From an uncultured Dehalococcoidales bacterium (GTDB lineage Bacteria > Chloroflexota > Dehalococcoidia > Dehalococcoidales > BS750m-G39), in assembly GCA_964597155.1 (NCBI GenBank), contig CAZQXA010000001.1, forward strand, positions 1 through 33,128: a DNA stretch of 33,128 nucleotides, written 5' to 3'. Every line of letters starts with the position of its first letter. Position 1 is the stretch's first letter. Positions 1 through 7,841 of this stretch are shown here, piece by piece. The position numbers and the translations under genes are program-made. The notes under the pieces are model-generated. The model was given only the letters and a program-made list of their open reading frames with translations, ran no database searches and had not been told where the DNA came from.

Positions 1-1
1 C

Positions 2-109
2 GTGCTCACCTTCACCGTAGTTGCCACTGTGGGCGCTGGCTCACAGGAAGCAACTTCGACCGGGATATATGAAATTAAGCAACGAGCAAGCGCGCCCCCG
101 GGTGGCTAA
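2..109 (+). CDS. 3' end of an upstream ORF (...TGIYEIKQRASAPPGG*), probably another pilus-cluster protein
   Basis: The frame is open from the window edge to TAA at 107-109, directly ahead of the RBS of the next gene. It is absent from the ORF track because it has no start codon in the window. Confidence 0.3.
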   Translation: MLTFTVVATVGAGSQEATSTGIYEIKQRASAPPGG

Positions 110-127
110 CAAGCCAAGAGGAGGCTG

Positions 128-1249
128 ATGAAGATGAAAAGGAAATTCAATAAGGTGCTAAGAGGGGAGAGAGGGCAAGCGTTGGTTGCGGTCTTGATTC
201 TGCTCCTTTTGGGCGGCCTAATCACCGTTCCTCTTATGGGCTTTGCCAGCACCGGGGTGGAAACGGGTGCCGTCTATGAGGAGGACATGCACGAGCTTTA
301 CGCCGCCGATTCCGGCATAGAGGATGCCTTACAGCAGATAATAAATGGCGCCGAGGGCTTGCCCGGCGAGGGTGCCCCCATATGGTCATACCAAATAGCT
401 GATGTGAACGGCCAAGGGGTAGAGATTACCATAACCTATATAGATACCGCCGCTTATAAAATCACCTCCACCGCGGGCAACACTCAAATCGAAGTCTTCC
501 TTGCCGCGTTGTACGGTGATTATGCCGGTGTACTTGATAACGTCATCACCAGCCAAGGTGATTATACATTGCGAGGCCCGACTACTGTTTACCCGCCCGA
601 GGGGGAAGAGCATGGGCCGGAAGCCAACTACGATGGAGACTGGCCTACGCCTGAGGAACTGGCCATGTTTTACTTTGCTGATGTAGAGGGTTTAACCCCC
701 TACCCTAGCGGCAGTCTAGATGTGAAAAACTACGTGGCTACTGGACTTGGCCCTCTTTATAGAGATGGGACGCTATCAATAGTAAACAGCGGGTCTTCGG
801 GGTTAACCGTGTCACTTAACGGCACTTTATATATTACCGGCAATACAGTGATTGGCGCGACAGGACATGATTTCACTCTCAACCTCAACGGGCAGGCTAT
901 ATTTGTTGAGAGCGACGAGACCGGCGGATACGCCCTTGAAATCGGGGGTAAATGCACGCTCACCGGTTCGGGGTGCATTATTGCTGTTGGTAATATTCAA
1001 TTCAAACCAAACATGAGCTCCAGTCCGGCCGATTACGTTCTGGTCATGTCGATAACAGGCATGACTTATATGCAGCCTAATGGTGATTTTTACGGCACTT
1101 TAGCCGGCTCCACCGAAGTCTATATACAGAATGGCAGTGTCACTTGGTCACAACCAGGTGAAGGTGGAGTAAACTTTCCCGGCGGGGGTGGCAGCGGCAA
1201 CGAAGGTACTGAATACCTGATTCGCTCCTGGGAGATTGGCCCACCATAG
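128..1249 (+). CDS. GspK/PilX/TadG-like pilus-associated protein (minor-pilin-type N-terminal anchor, beta-strand-rich C-terminal domain), paralog 1
   Basis: RBS GAGGAGG lies upstream; the ATG at 134 aligns with the paralog start and is an alternative. The N-terminus is a basic stretch followed by ERG|QALVAVLILLLLGG, a hydrophobic helix without Glu5, as in GspK/PilX-type pseudopilins. The C-terminal half is Gly/Asn/Thr-rich. The gene heads the pilO/pilMN/pilT cluster. Confidence 0.6.
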   Translation: MKMKRKFNKVLRGERGQALVAVLILLLLGGLITVPLMGFASTGVETGAVYEEDMHELYAADSGIEDALQQIINGAEGLPGEGAPIWSYQIADVNGQGVEITITYIDTAAYKITSTAGNTQIEVFLAALYGDYAGVLDNVITSQGDYTLRGPTTVYPPEGEEHGPEANYDGDWPTPEELAMFYFADVEGLTPYPSGSLDVKNYVATGLGPLYRDGTLSIVNSGSSGLTVSLNGTLYITGNTVIGATGHDFTLNLNGQAIFVESDETGGYALEIGGKCTLTGSGCIIAVGNIQFKPNMSSSPADYVLVMSITGMTYMQPNGDFYGTLAGSTEVYIQNGSVTWSQPGEGGVNFPGGGGSGNEGTEYLIRSWEIGPP

Positions 1250-1278
1250 GAGCCGGCAGAAAGGAGGCTTGATAGAAG

Positions 1279-2448
1279 ATGAAAAGGATACTAAAGAAGG
1301 TAATAAGGGAACAGAAAGGGCAAGCACTGGTTGCGGTCCTGATTCTGCTCCTTCTGGGCGGTCTGGTCGCCGCTCCGGTCCTGGAGTTTGTGGGCACCGG
1401 TGTGGACACGAATGCCGTCTATGAGGAGGATATGAACGAGCTCTACGCCGCTGATGGCGGCATAGAGGATGCCATACGGCAGATAATAGCCGACGCCGAG
1501 GAGCTGCCCGGCGATGGTGAACCCGCCTGGTCATACCAGATAGCCGATATCAACGGCAAAGAGGTGGACATTATCATAACCTATGTAGATGACACCACCT
1601 ATAGAATCACCTCCACCGCCACCACCGATGAAGAATCCAGCACCACCATTGAGTCCTATCTAATCTCCAGTGACGGCATTTCCATTTTTGACAATGCCAT
1701 TACCTCCCTCAACGGGGACATAACCCTTAGTGGCAATTCAGAGGTTACCTCATCCCCGACCAGCGGGGAAGGCAATATCTTCGCCAACGGTGAAATCTAC
1801 CTAGGTGGTAACGCCAGAATAAGAGGCGACGGTACGGCCACTTTAGATATTCATCTAAGTGGTAACGCCCAGATTGAGGGGGATGAAACTGAAGGCGCGG
1901 CACCACTAACTCCGCCGGAGATAGATAGCGCAACATACCTGGAGGAGGCAGAGCTGGGCGGTATCCATTCAGGCAACCTGAGTATCAGTGGCAATGGTTA
2001 TTACGACCTGGGACCACTACATATTACCGGAAACCTGTCCATTTCGGGGAATTACATTGTAAGACTGGAAGGAACCGTCTATGTTGATGGCACCATCAGT
2101 ATGAGCGGCAACACCCGCATTGAGGGCGGCTATTCTATTCTTGCCGAGGGTAATATTTCTATAACCGGGAATAGTAAACTTGACCTTGACAATATCCCCT
2201 TCGTTTTTTCCACCGAGGGCGATATTTATATTAGCGGCAATAACTGGACATCAGCCGTGGTCTACGCCCCCAATGGTAACGTTAACCTGACGGGGAACAG
2301 CAAGATATACGGAGCTGTGTGCGGACTGGGTGTTACCGGCTCGGGCAACAATAAGATTGAGTACCCCTTGGGGCTTGGCGATATTGAAGCCCTGCCCAAT
2401 GTCGGCGGGGACGATTACCAGATTCGCACCTGGGAGATTAATCCATAG
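1279..2448 (+). CDS. GspK/PilX/TadG-like pilus-associated protein with beta-helix repeats, paralog 2
   Basis: The first ~115 aa closely match the preceding gene, including the identical QALVAVLILLLLGG. The C-terminal motif is also shared (YQIRTWEINP versus YLIRSWEIGPP). The middle carries about 11 copies of [LIM][STG]GN repeats typical of parallel beta-helices. Confidence 0.6.
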   Translation: MKRILKKVIREQKGQALVAVLILLLLGGLVAAPVLEFVGTGVDTNAVYEEDMNELYAADGGIEDAIRQIIADAEELPGDGEPAWSYQIADINGKEVDIIITYVDDTTYRITSTATTDEESSTTIESYLISSDGISIFDNAITSLNGDITLSGNSEVTSSPTSGEGNIFANGEIYLGGNARIRGDGTATLDIHLSGNAQIEGDETEGAAPLTPPEIDSATYLEEAELGGIHSGNLSISGNGYYDLGPLHITGNLSISGNYIVRLEGTVYVDGTISMSGNTRIEGGYSILAEGNISITGNSKLDLDNIPFVFSTEGDIYISGNNWTSAVVYAPNGNVNLTGNSKIYGAVCGLGVTGSGNNKIEYPLGLGDIEALPNVGGDDYQIRTWEINP

Positions 2449-2460
2449 CAGGAGCAGACG

Positions 2461-3084
2461 ATGAGATTAGGTAAGACAGCTTGGTTAATCCTGGGCGGCG
2501 GCATTTTCGTTATTGCCCTGGGCATTCTTATCTTGGGCTACGCCCGGACTTCCGGCGAGCATGCCAGTGTGGAGGAGGAGCTGTCCTCGGCACAAACCCT
2601 GCTGCCCCAGGTCGTTACCGAAAGGGAATACTGGGAAAGCCAACTGGCCCTGGTCGAAGACCAGCTAGACGAAGCTACGGAAGCGTACGACGCCAGCCGG
2701 TCAAGATTCCCTCAAGAAGTGGATAGCATTGCCTACGACGAGGAGCTATTTATCATTGCCCATGCCCATGACCTGGAAATAGCCAGCCTCACTGTCTCAG
2801 AGACTTCCCAAGAAGATGTGCTGGGCATTATCTTCGATACCACCGCTTTTGAGGTGCAGGTACAGGCAAAAGACGCCCCTCATGTAACCTGGACCCAGGG
2901 ATTTATTGACCAGACGATAAATAATATAACCGCTTTCCTTAACGCCGTGACCAGCGGCGATTACTTCACCAACGCTACCATAGACCTGGTAAGTATACTG
3001 GCTCCTGAACCTGGTGAGGAAGTAGAAGCGCCTACAGCTCTGGTCACGCTTATTATTTACAGTTACCAGGAGCAAGAGGAATAA
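2461..3084 (+). CDS. pilO: PilO-like type IV pilus alignment protein
   Basis: RBS AGGAG is present. The protein has a single N-terminal TM helix (AWLILGGGIFVIALGILILG), then a coiled-coil segment, then an alpha/beta C-terminal domain. It is ~200 aa and lies adjacent to pilMN. Confidence 0.5.
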   Translation: MRLGKTAWLILGGGIFVIALGILILGYARTSGEHASVEEELSSAQTLLPQVVTEREYWESQLALVEDQLDEATEAYDASRSRFPQEVDSIAYDEELFIIAHAHDLEIASLTVSETSQEDVLGIIFDTTAFEVQVQAKDAPHVTWTQGFIDQTINNITAFLNAVTSGDYFTNATIDLVSILAPEPGEEVEAPTALVTLIIYSYQEQEE

Positions 3085-3086
3085 TT

Positions 3087-4556
3087 ATGGCTAAAGAAGT
3101 TATTACCCTATTTATTAGAGACGACGCCATTAACCTGCTGGTAATGGATGGCAGGCGAGTGGGAAAGTGGGCCAGCTTGCCCTTGGAGCCGGGGCTGGTA
3201 AGCCAGGGGCTCGTCCTTGAGGAAGCCAAGGTAGCCACCAAGCTCAAGGAGCTATTCAAGATGGAAAAGATAGCCATGGGGAAGGTCATCGCCAGCTTAA
3301 GCGGCCACAACTCGGTATATCGTCTAATAACCCTTCCCGAGCTGCCCGAGGCGGTATTGCCTGAGGCGGTAAAGCGTGAGGCAAAAAGGGTGATACCAGT
3401 GCCTTTGGAGGAGGTTTACCTTTCTTACCAGACTCTTCCCCCCACCAAAGGAGAGACACGCCTTTTCCTAGCCGCCTTCCCGCGCAATGTGGCTGACGCC
3501 CTGCAACGAACGCTACAACAGGCAGGCCTTCAGCCCTATAGCATGGATTTAGCTCCCCTAGCCCTGTGCCGAACGGCGAATGAGCCCAGGTCCATAATCG
3601 TAAATAGCACGTCAGACAACACCGACATTGTAGTTATGACCGAGAGGATACCCCAGGTAATCCACCGGCTGTCACTACCCGGCGAGGCTGAATCGTCATC
3701 GGAAAAGTTATCAGCCATAGCCGAAGAGATTGATAGGACTATCACCTTCTACAATTCCAGCCACCAGGATGCGCCTTTAGATTCAACCGTGCCCATGCTG
3801 GTTTGTGGTGACCTGGCAAAGGCACCGGAGAGCTGGGAAACACTGGCTGGTAAGTCGGTAAGTCCGGTGTCAATACTGCCCTCGCCGGTGGAATCCCCTG
3901 ATGGCTTTAACCCCAACGGATTTATGGTAAACATAGGGCTGGCTCTTAAGGAGCTACTACCCGAAAGAGGGGAGGCTAACTTTTCCCTGGTGAATCTTAA
4001 CGCCATGCCCGAGGTCTACCGGGCCAAGCCTGTCCGCCTGCCAAACCTCTTTGTCCCCGTTTCCCTAGCCATCAGTAGCAGCATAATTGTCGGCCTGATA
4101 GCCCTCATTATCAACACGGCGGCTCATACCGGGGTATTGCGCTCCGAACTGGAAACCGCTGAAGGTCTTATCGCCCAGGAGAGCGCCGGAATAACGGCAA
4201 TGCAGGAACAGGTCGGGCTGATAGAACCGCAGATTGCGGAGATAGAAGCCACTACCGATATCTTTGATGCCACCTTCAACACCCTGCAAGATATTCGCAT
4301 AGAGGTTAACACCGATGTCAGCCAGATTGTAACCCTGCGACCGGAGAATATAAATTTGACCGGCGTTGGCCATGTCGTTAATAGCGCCACCGTAAGCGGC
4401 ATATCCCCCGATGAGCAGAGTATTTTCGCCTATGCCCGAAGTTTAAGAGCCAGCGGCCGGTTTGCTACGGTGACTATCACATCTATAGGAGCTGTAGAGG
4501 AGGAGGGGGAAGTCACCGGCTTTGAATTTGAGTTTCTCCTGGAGCCGAGGGAATAA
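3087..4556 (+). CDS. pilM: PilM-PilN fusion protein (actin-like ATPase-fold PilM domain, TM helix, PilN-like periplasmic domain)
   Basis: The N-terminal ~310 aa have PilM-like architecture. A TM helix (LFVPVSLAISSSIIVGLIALII) follows, then a coiled coil and a PilN-like C-terminus (INLTGVGHVV...GFEFEFLL). The gene starts 3 nt after the pilO-like stop. Confidence 0.7.
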   Translation: MAKEVITLFIRDDAINLLVMDGRRVGKWASLPLEPGLVSQGLVLEEAKVATKLKELFKMEKIAMGKVIASLSGHNSVYRLITLPELPEAVLPEAVKREAKRVIPVPLEEVYLSYQTLPPTKGETRLFLAAFPRNVADALQRTLQQAGLQPYSMDLAPLALCRTANEPRSIIVNSTSDNTDIVVMTERIPQVIHRLSLPGEAESSSEKLSAIAEEIDRTITFYNSSHQDAPLDSTVPMLVCGDLAKAPESWETLAGKSVSPVSILPSPVESPDGFNPNGFMVNIGLALKELLPERGEANFSLVNLNAMPEVYRAKPVRLPNLFVPVSLAISSSIIVGLIALIINTAAHTGVLRSELETAEGLIAQESAGITAMQEQVGLIEPQIAEIEATTDIFDATFNTLQDIRIEVNTDVSQIVTLRPENINLTGVGHVVNSATVSGISPDEQSIFAYARSLRASGRFATVTITSIGAVEEEGEVTGFEFEFLLEPRE

Positions 4557-4561
4557 GAGAA

Positions 4562-5632
4562 GTGGATATTTTCGCCTTACTTTATACGGCTAAGTCAAAG
4601 GCGGCCTCTGACGTGCACCTGGTTGCCTTCAACCCGCCACTGCTGCGCATTGACGGCTCGCTAACGCCGATAGATAGCGCCACACAGCTCACTGAGGACG
4701 ATATAAACCAGGCTTTCGACCAGATAACCACCGCCGAGCAAAGGGAAGATTTCAACAAAAATCTGGAGCTTGATTTTAGCTACGTCCTGCCTGAGATTGG
4801 GCATGTGCGCTGCAATGCCGCCCAGCAACGCGGGGCTATCAGCCTTGCCCTGCGCCTTTTGCCGCCAGAAGTCCCCAGCATAGATGAGTTGGAGCTGCCG
4901 GCAATATGCAAGGAGCTGGCCTTAAAGCCAAGGGGGCTGGTAATAGTTACCGGGCCTACCGGCAGTGGTAAAAGCACCACCCTGGCGGCTATGATTAACC
5001 ACCTGAACACCAATGAAAGCCGCCATATAGTTACTATTGAAGACCCTATAGAATATGTCTACTCCAGTAAAAATTGCGCTATAACCCAGCGCCAGTTAGG
5101 CAGCGATACCAAGTCCTTTGCTGCCGCCCTGAAGCATGTCCTGAGGCAGGACCCGGACGTGATTCTGGTGGGAGAGATGAGGGACCTGGATACGGCGGCG
5201 GCAGCGCTTACCATAGCTGAGACCGGGCATTTGGTATTAACCACCGGCCATGCCCCCAGCGCCACTCAAGCGATGGAGAGAGTAATAGACCTGTTTCCCC
5301 CCGATGAGCGCCACCTGGCCCAGACGCGGTTAGCTTCTCTGCTGATTGGTGTGTTATGTCAGGTGCTCGTCCCCCGGGCTAACGGCTCGGGGAGGATAGC
5401 CGCCGTTGAGGTTATGCTGGCCAATGCACCGGTGAGGAACCTCATCCGCGAGGGCAAAATCTACCAGCTGCCAAATGTAATCCGCACCCACCGGGAAATA
5501 GGTATGATCTCACTGGATGAAGCCCTGGTTAACCTCTATCTTAAAGGGGCCATCAACGGCGAATCCCTGATCGCTTTCTGCAACGACCGCACGGAAGTGG
5601 AAAAACTCATCGGCAAGGTTGAGGTCAAATAG
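4562..5632 (+). CDS. pilT: Type IV pilus retraction ATPase PilT
   Basis: GTG start. Motifs present are Walker A GPTGSGKST, Asp box VTIEDPIEY, Walker B DPDVILVGEMRD and the PilT-specific AIRNLIRE-like motif (APVRNLIREGK). The size, 356 aa, fits PilT. Confidence 0.9.
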   Translation: MDIFALLYTAKSKAASDVHLVAFNPPLLRIDGSLTPIDSATQLTEDDINQAFDQITTAEQREDFNKNLELDFSYVLPEIGHVRCNAAQQRGAISLALRLLPPEVPSIDELELPAICKELALKPRGLVIVTGPTGSGKSTTLAAMINHLNTNESRHIVTIEDPIEYVYSSKNCAITQRQLGSDTKSFAAALKHVLRQDPDVILVGEMRDLDTAAAALTIAETGHLVLTTGHAPSATQAMERVIDLFPPDERHLAQTRLASLLIGVLCQVLVPRANGSGRIAAVEVMLANAPVRNLIREGKIYQLPNVIRTHREIGMISLDEALVNLYLKGAINGESLIAFCNDRTEVEKLIGKVEVK

Positions 5633-5715
5633 TCTCTTCCCCAAAAAGCCCCCCCAATCCCTACCCTCCAATAAACGGCCTTCTTCCCTCTATAGGCAAC
5701 AAATCCAAAAAACAG

Positions 5716-5764
5716 AAAAGCTCATTGGCAAGGTCTAAACATAACCTCACCAATAAGCTTTTCT
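5716..5764 (+). terminator. Candidate intrinsic terminator of pilT
   Basis: AAAAGCTCATTGG (5716-5728) pairs with CCAATAAGCTTTT (5750-5762) with one mismatch across a 21-nt loop. The stem runs into TTTTC. A C-rich, G-poor tract at 5633-5715 precedes it. Confidence 0.4.
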
Positions 5765-5852
5765 AATTCGCTTTTGCTATTCGCCAGGGCTTCGAAGCCC
5801 TCTAGCTTAAAAGATTACAAATGAGTACCCGGCTAGTTTAGATGGCTGGGCT

Positions 5853-6191
5853 TCATGGACAAGTTGCTTGAACTACGGTGCAGTCGGGATAAGTGCCGGC
5901 AAAGGTATAGGTGCCATCTATGTCGCCTACGCCGCCCTCAAAGTAGTTAGCCAGGTCGTCAATGGCATCGGGGCAGGCGTGAATCTCGGCAACATAGGCC
6001 ATGGTAGCTGTTTCCACCATCCGCTCTTCAATGTCACACGCTTCCGTTTGACCTGCGCCGAAGAACCGGCCAAAGTTAGGCACCACTATTGCCGCCAGGA
6101 TGCCGAGGATAGCTATCACCACCAGCAACTCAATTAGGGTGAAGCCCTTCTCGCCATAGCGAAAGCTCTTGAGTAACCTCCTTAGTCTCAT
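5853..6191 (-). CDS. Type IV pilin (prepilin with class III signal peptide)
   Basis: The N-terminus MRLRRLLKSFRYGEKG|FTLIELLVVIAILGILAAIVVPNF is the canonical G|FTLIE cleavage/methylation motif. RBS GGGAGGTG is strong. The gene has its own promoter. Confidence 0.9.
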   Translation of the reverse strand: MRLRRLLKSFRYGEKGFTLIELLVVIAILGILAAIVVPNFGRFFGAGQTEACDIEERMVETATMAYVAEIHACPDAIDDLANYFEGGVGDIDGTYTFAGTYPDCTVVQATCP

Positions 6192-6254
6192 TTGTCACCT
6201 CCCTTCTTTTGGTTATTTAGACTCAATTTAGCCTAACTATTGTTAGGTATGTTT

Positions 6255-6283
6255 ATGATATTATTTGCCCTTTTTAGGGTCAA
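6255..6283 (-). promoter_or_regulatory. Sigma70-type promoter of the pilin gene
   Basis: On the minus strand: TTGACC (6283-6278), 17-nt spacer, TATCAT (6260-6255). The predicted leader is ~55 nt. Confidence 0.6.
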
Positions 6284-6431
6284 TAGTTCATTAGTAACAG
6301 TTAGCAGTGGTAGTACATAGTAATATGGGGCTAGTAATAGGTGGTTCCTTTATGTCAGTAGTCCAATAGTAATGGTTAGGAGGCTTAATAAAGAGGCTGG
6401 TTAGCTTCTAAGAAGGGGCTAATGAGAGGAC

Positions 6432-7805
6432 TTATAGTCCCTTGGCTTCAAAGACCTTGATTCTCTGCCTCTGGGCAAACTGCTTGGCTTCCTTAGCCAG
6501 GCCGGGAACAGCGATGAAGACCTTGTCCATAATGCCTATATCATAGGCTTTATTATCAAAAGCGAACACCTTTTCCAGTCCCACCGGTCCCCCAGCCACC
6601 TCGGTGCCGATGGCGACATCATGAACGACAATGCCGTCATCCCTGGTAGCCAGTATATCTATTTTATGGGCCGCGCCCGACCTGCCGCTGACCTTAGCGT
6701 TCTCCTTCACCTCGTAGCCGCGCCGCTTCAGGTACTCTATAAGCTGTGATTTGGACTTAAAGGCAAAGGGCTCCTTGGGCGCTTCCACGGCGGGCTTGGC
6801 AGCACTGCTAGCCAGCACCGTCTCCAAACCCTTGACCTCGAGTAGCTTTATCCTCTGCTGGCTGGCAAACTTCTCGGCTTCCTTAGTTAACCCGGGGAGG
6901 ACAACCAAGACTTTATCGTGAATGCCAATATCATAGACCTTATCATCAAAGTCACATATCTCCCCCAGCTCTATCGCCTCCCTGGCGACCTTAATGCCGA
7001 TGGCAATATCATGAACAACAATGCCGTCATCCTTAATGGCCCGTATATCTATGGTGTGCTCCGCCCCCGACCTGCCTTTGACAACGGCATCTTCCTCCAC
7101 CTTATAGCCGAGTCGCTTCAGGGTTTCTATGAGCTGTGCCTTGGGCTTGACCTCAAACTCCAGCCAGCCCCTCTTGGCCTCGTTGAAACTATAGGAATAG
7201 ACAATTACCTCATCAATCTCATCCTGGGGAGTGAGGGCATCGCACTTCAGGCAGCGCCATTGTATCTCCGGCTGGCTGAATATCTCGTAGCAATCATAAC
7301 ACTTGCACATCAAGCCCAGGCTCTGGTAGTCGCCACCGCCAATGTGCAGTTCCAGGCCGCACCTGGGACAGAGATATCCCTCGCCAGAAACAAACTCGTC
7401 CTCCAGCCCGCCGAACTTACAGGAGAGGTGTTCAAAGACACGGCCCCGGGCAAAATTCCCCGAGCCGCATTGAGGACAACAACTATATGGTCTTATATTT
7501 ACCGAGTGGCACTGGGAACAGCGGAGCAGCCTATCAAAGAAATTCCTTACCAGTATCTCCCTAGAAACCAGGGATTCCAGAATTGATACTGCTTCCCTGC
7601 CCTTGACCTTTAAGGCTTGCTCCACCACCGGGTAGCTAAAGCCCAGCTCGCTGGTGAAATCAAGCTCTGGTTTAATATCAACAATCCTCCCCGCCAGCAG
7701 CTCAGCCGCCAGTTTCTTCGCCTTTTCCCTCACCTCCCCGCTGATGGTGGGGGTGGTTTTGGCTGGTTGGGGGTTACTAGCAGTAGGCTCGTTCACTTCT
7801 GCCAT
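6432..7805 (-). CDS. Uncharacterised protein: N-terminal wHTH-like region, cluster of CxxC Zn-ribbons, two tandem Mrr/restriction-endonuclease-fold-like modules
   Basis: CxxC pairs occur at aa 96/99, 110/113, 146/149, 169/172 and 185/188. Aa 216-327 and 346-457 are clear tandem repeats at an exact 130-aa offset. Each repeat has the pattern GY-V...GRSGAxHxIDI...VVHD-AIG...PGL-KEA-xFA-xQRIK, which resembles Mrr_cat. The gene has its own promoter. Confidence 0.8.
   Translation of the reverse strand: MAEVNEPTASNPQPAKTTPTISGEVREKAKKLAAELLAGRIVDIKPELDFTSELGFSYPVVEQALKVKGREAVSILESLVSREILVRNFFDRLLRCSQCHSVNIRPYSCCPQCGSGNFARGRVFEHLSCKFGGLEDEFVSGEGYLCPRCGLELHIGGGDYQSLGLMCKCYDCYEIFSQPEIQWRCLKCDALTPQDEIDEVIVYSYSFNEAKRGWLEFEVKPKAQLIETLKRLGYKVEEDAVVKGRSGAEHTIDIRAIKDDGIVVHDIAIGIKVAREAIELGEICDFDDKVYDIGIHDKVLVVLPGLTKEAEKFASQQRIKLLEVKGLETVLASSAAKPAVEAPKEPFAFKSKSQLIEYLKRRGYEVKENAKVSGRSGAAHKIDILATRDDGIVVHDVAIGTEVAGGPVGLEKVFAFDNKAYDIGIMDKVFIAVPGLAKEAKQFAQRQRIKVFEAKGL
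6435..7160 (-). repeat. Intragenic tandem duplication (two ~112-codon modules at 6825-7160 and 6435-6770)
   Basis: Direct alignment of the two protein segments shows a 130-aa register and more than half identical residues by eye. Confidence 0.85.
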
Positions 7806-7841
7806 CTTCTCACTCTATAATAAATTTAGCGGTTAAAGCCA

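Noticed and set aside
1148-1534. Arg/Pro-rich 128-aa and 89-aa minus-strand ORFs spanning the junction of the two PilX-like genes
   Set aside because: They have low-complexity composition and are antisense to two well-supported genes and their RBS. They show no start context of their own.
5853-6191. The idea that the short aromatic-rich pilin is a conductive e-pilin
   Set aside because: The aromatic content (~10 of 96 residues) and length are only loosely reminiscent. The globular C-terminal part with 4 Cys differs from Geobacter-type truncated pilins. There is no cytochrome or other supporting context in the window.
6192-6431. A sigma54 (GG-N10-GC) promoter for the pilin gene, as in many proteobacterial pilA genes
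   Set aside because: No TGGCAC-N5-TTGC-like element is present on the minus strand. A good sigma70-type TTGACC-17-TATCAT pair is present instead.
6918-7586. A 222-aa ORF on the plus strand, antisense to the 457-aa gene
   Set aside because: It lies entirely inside a minus-strand gene that has a coherent domain structure, a promoter and an internal duplication. It has no RBS or recognisable motif. It looks like a typical shadow ORF.
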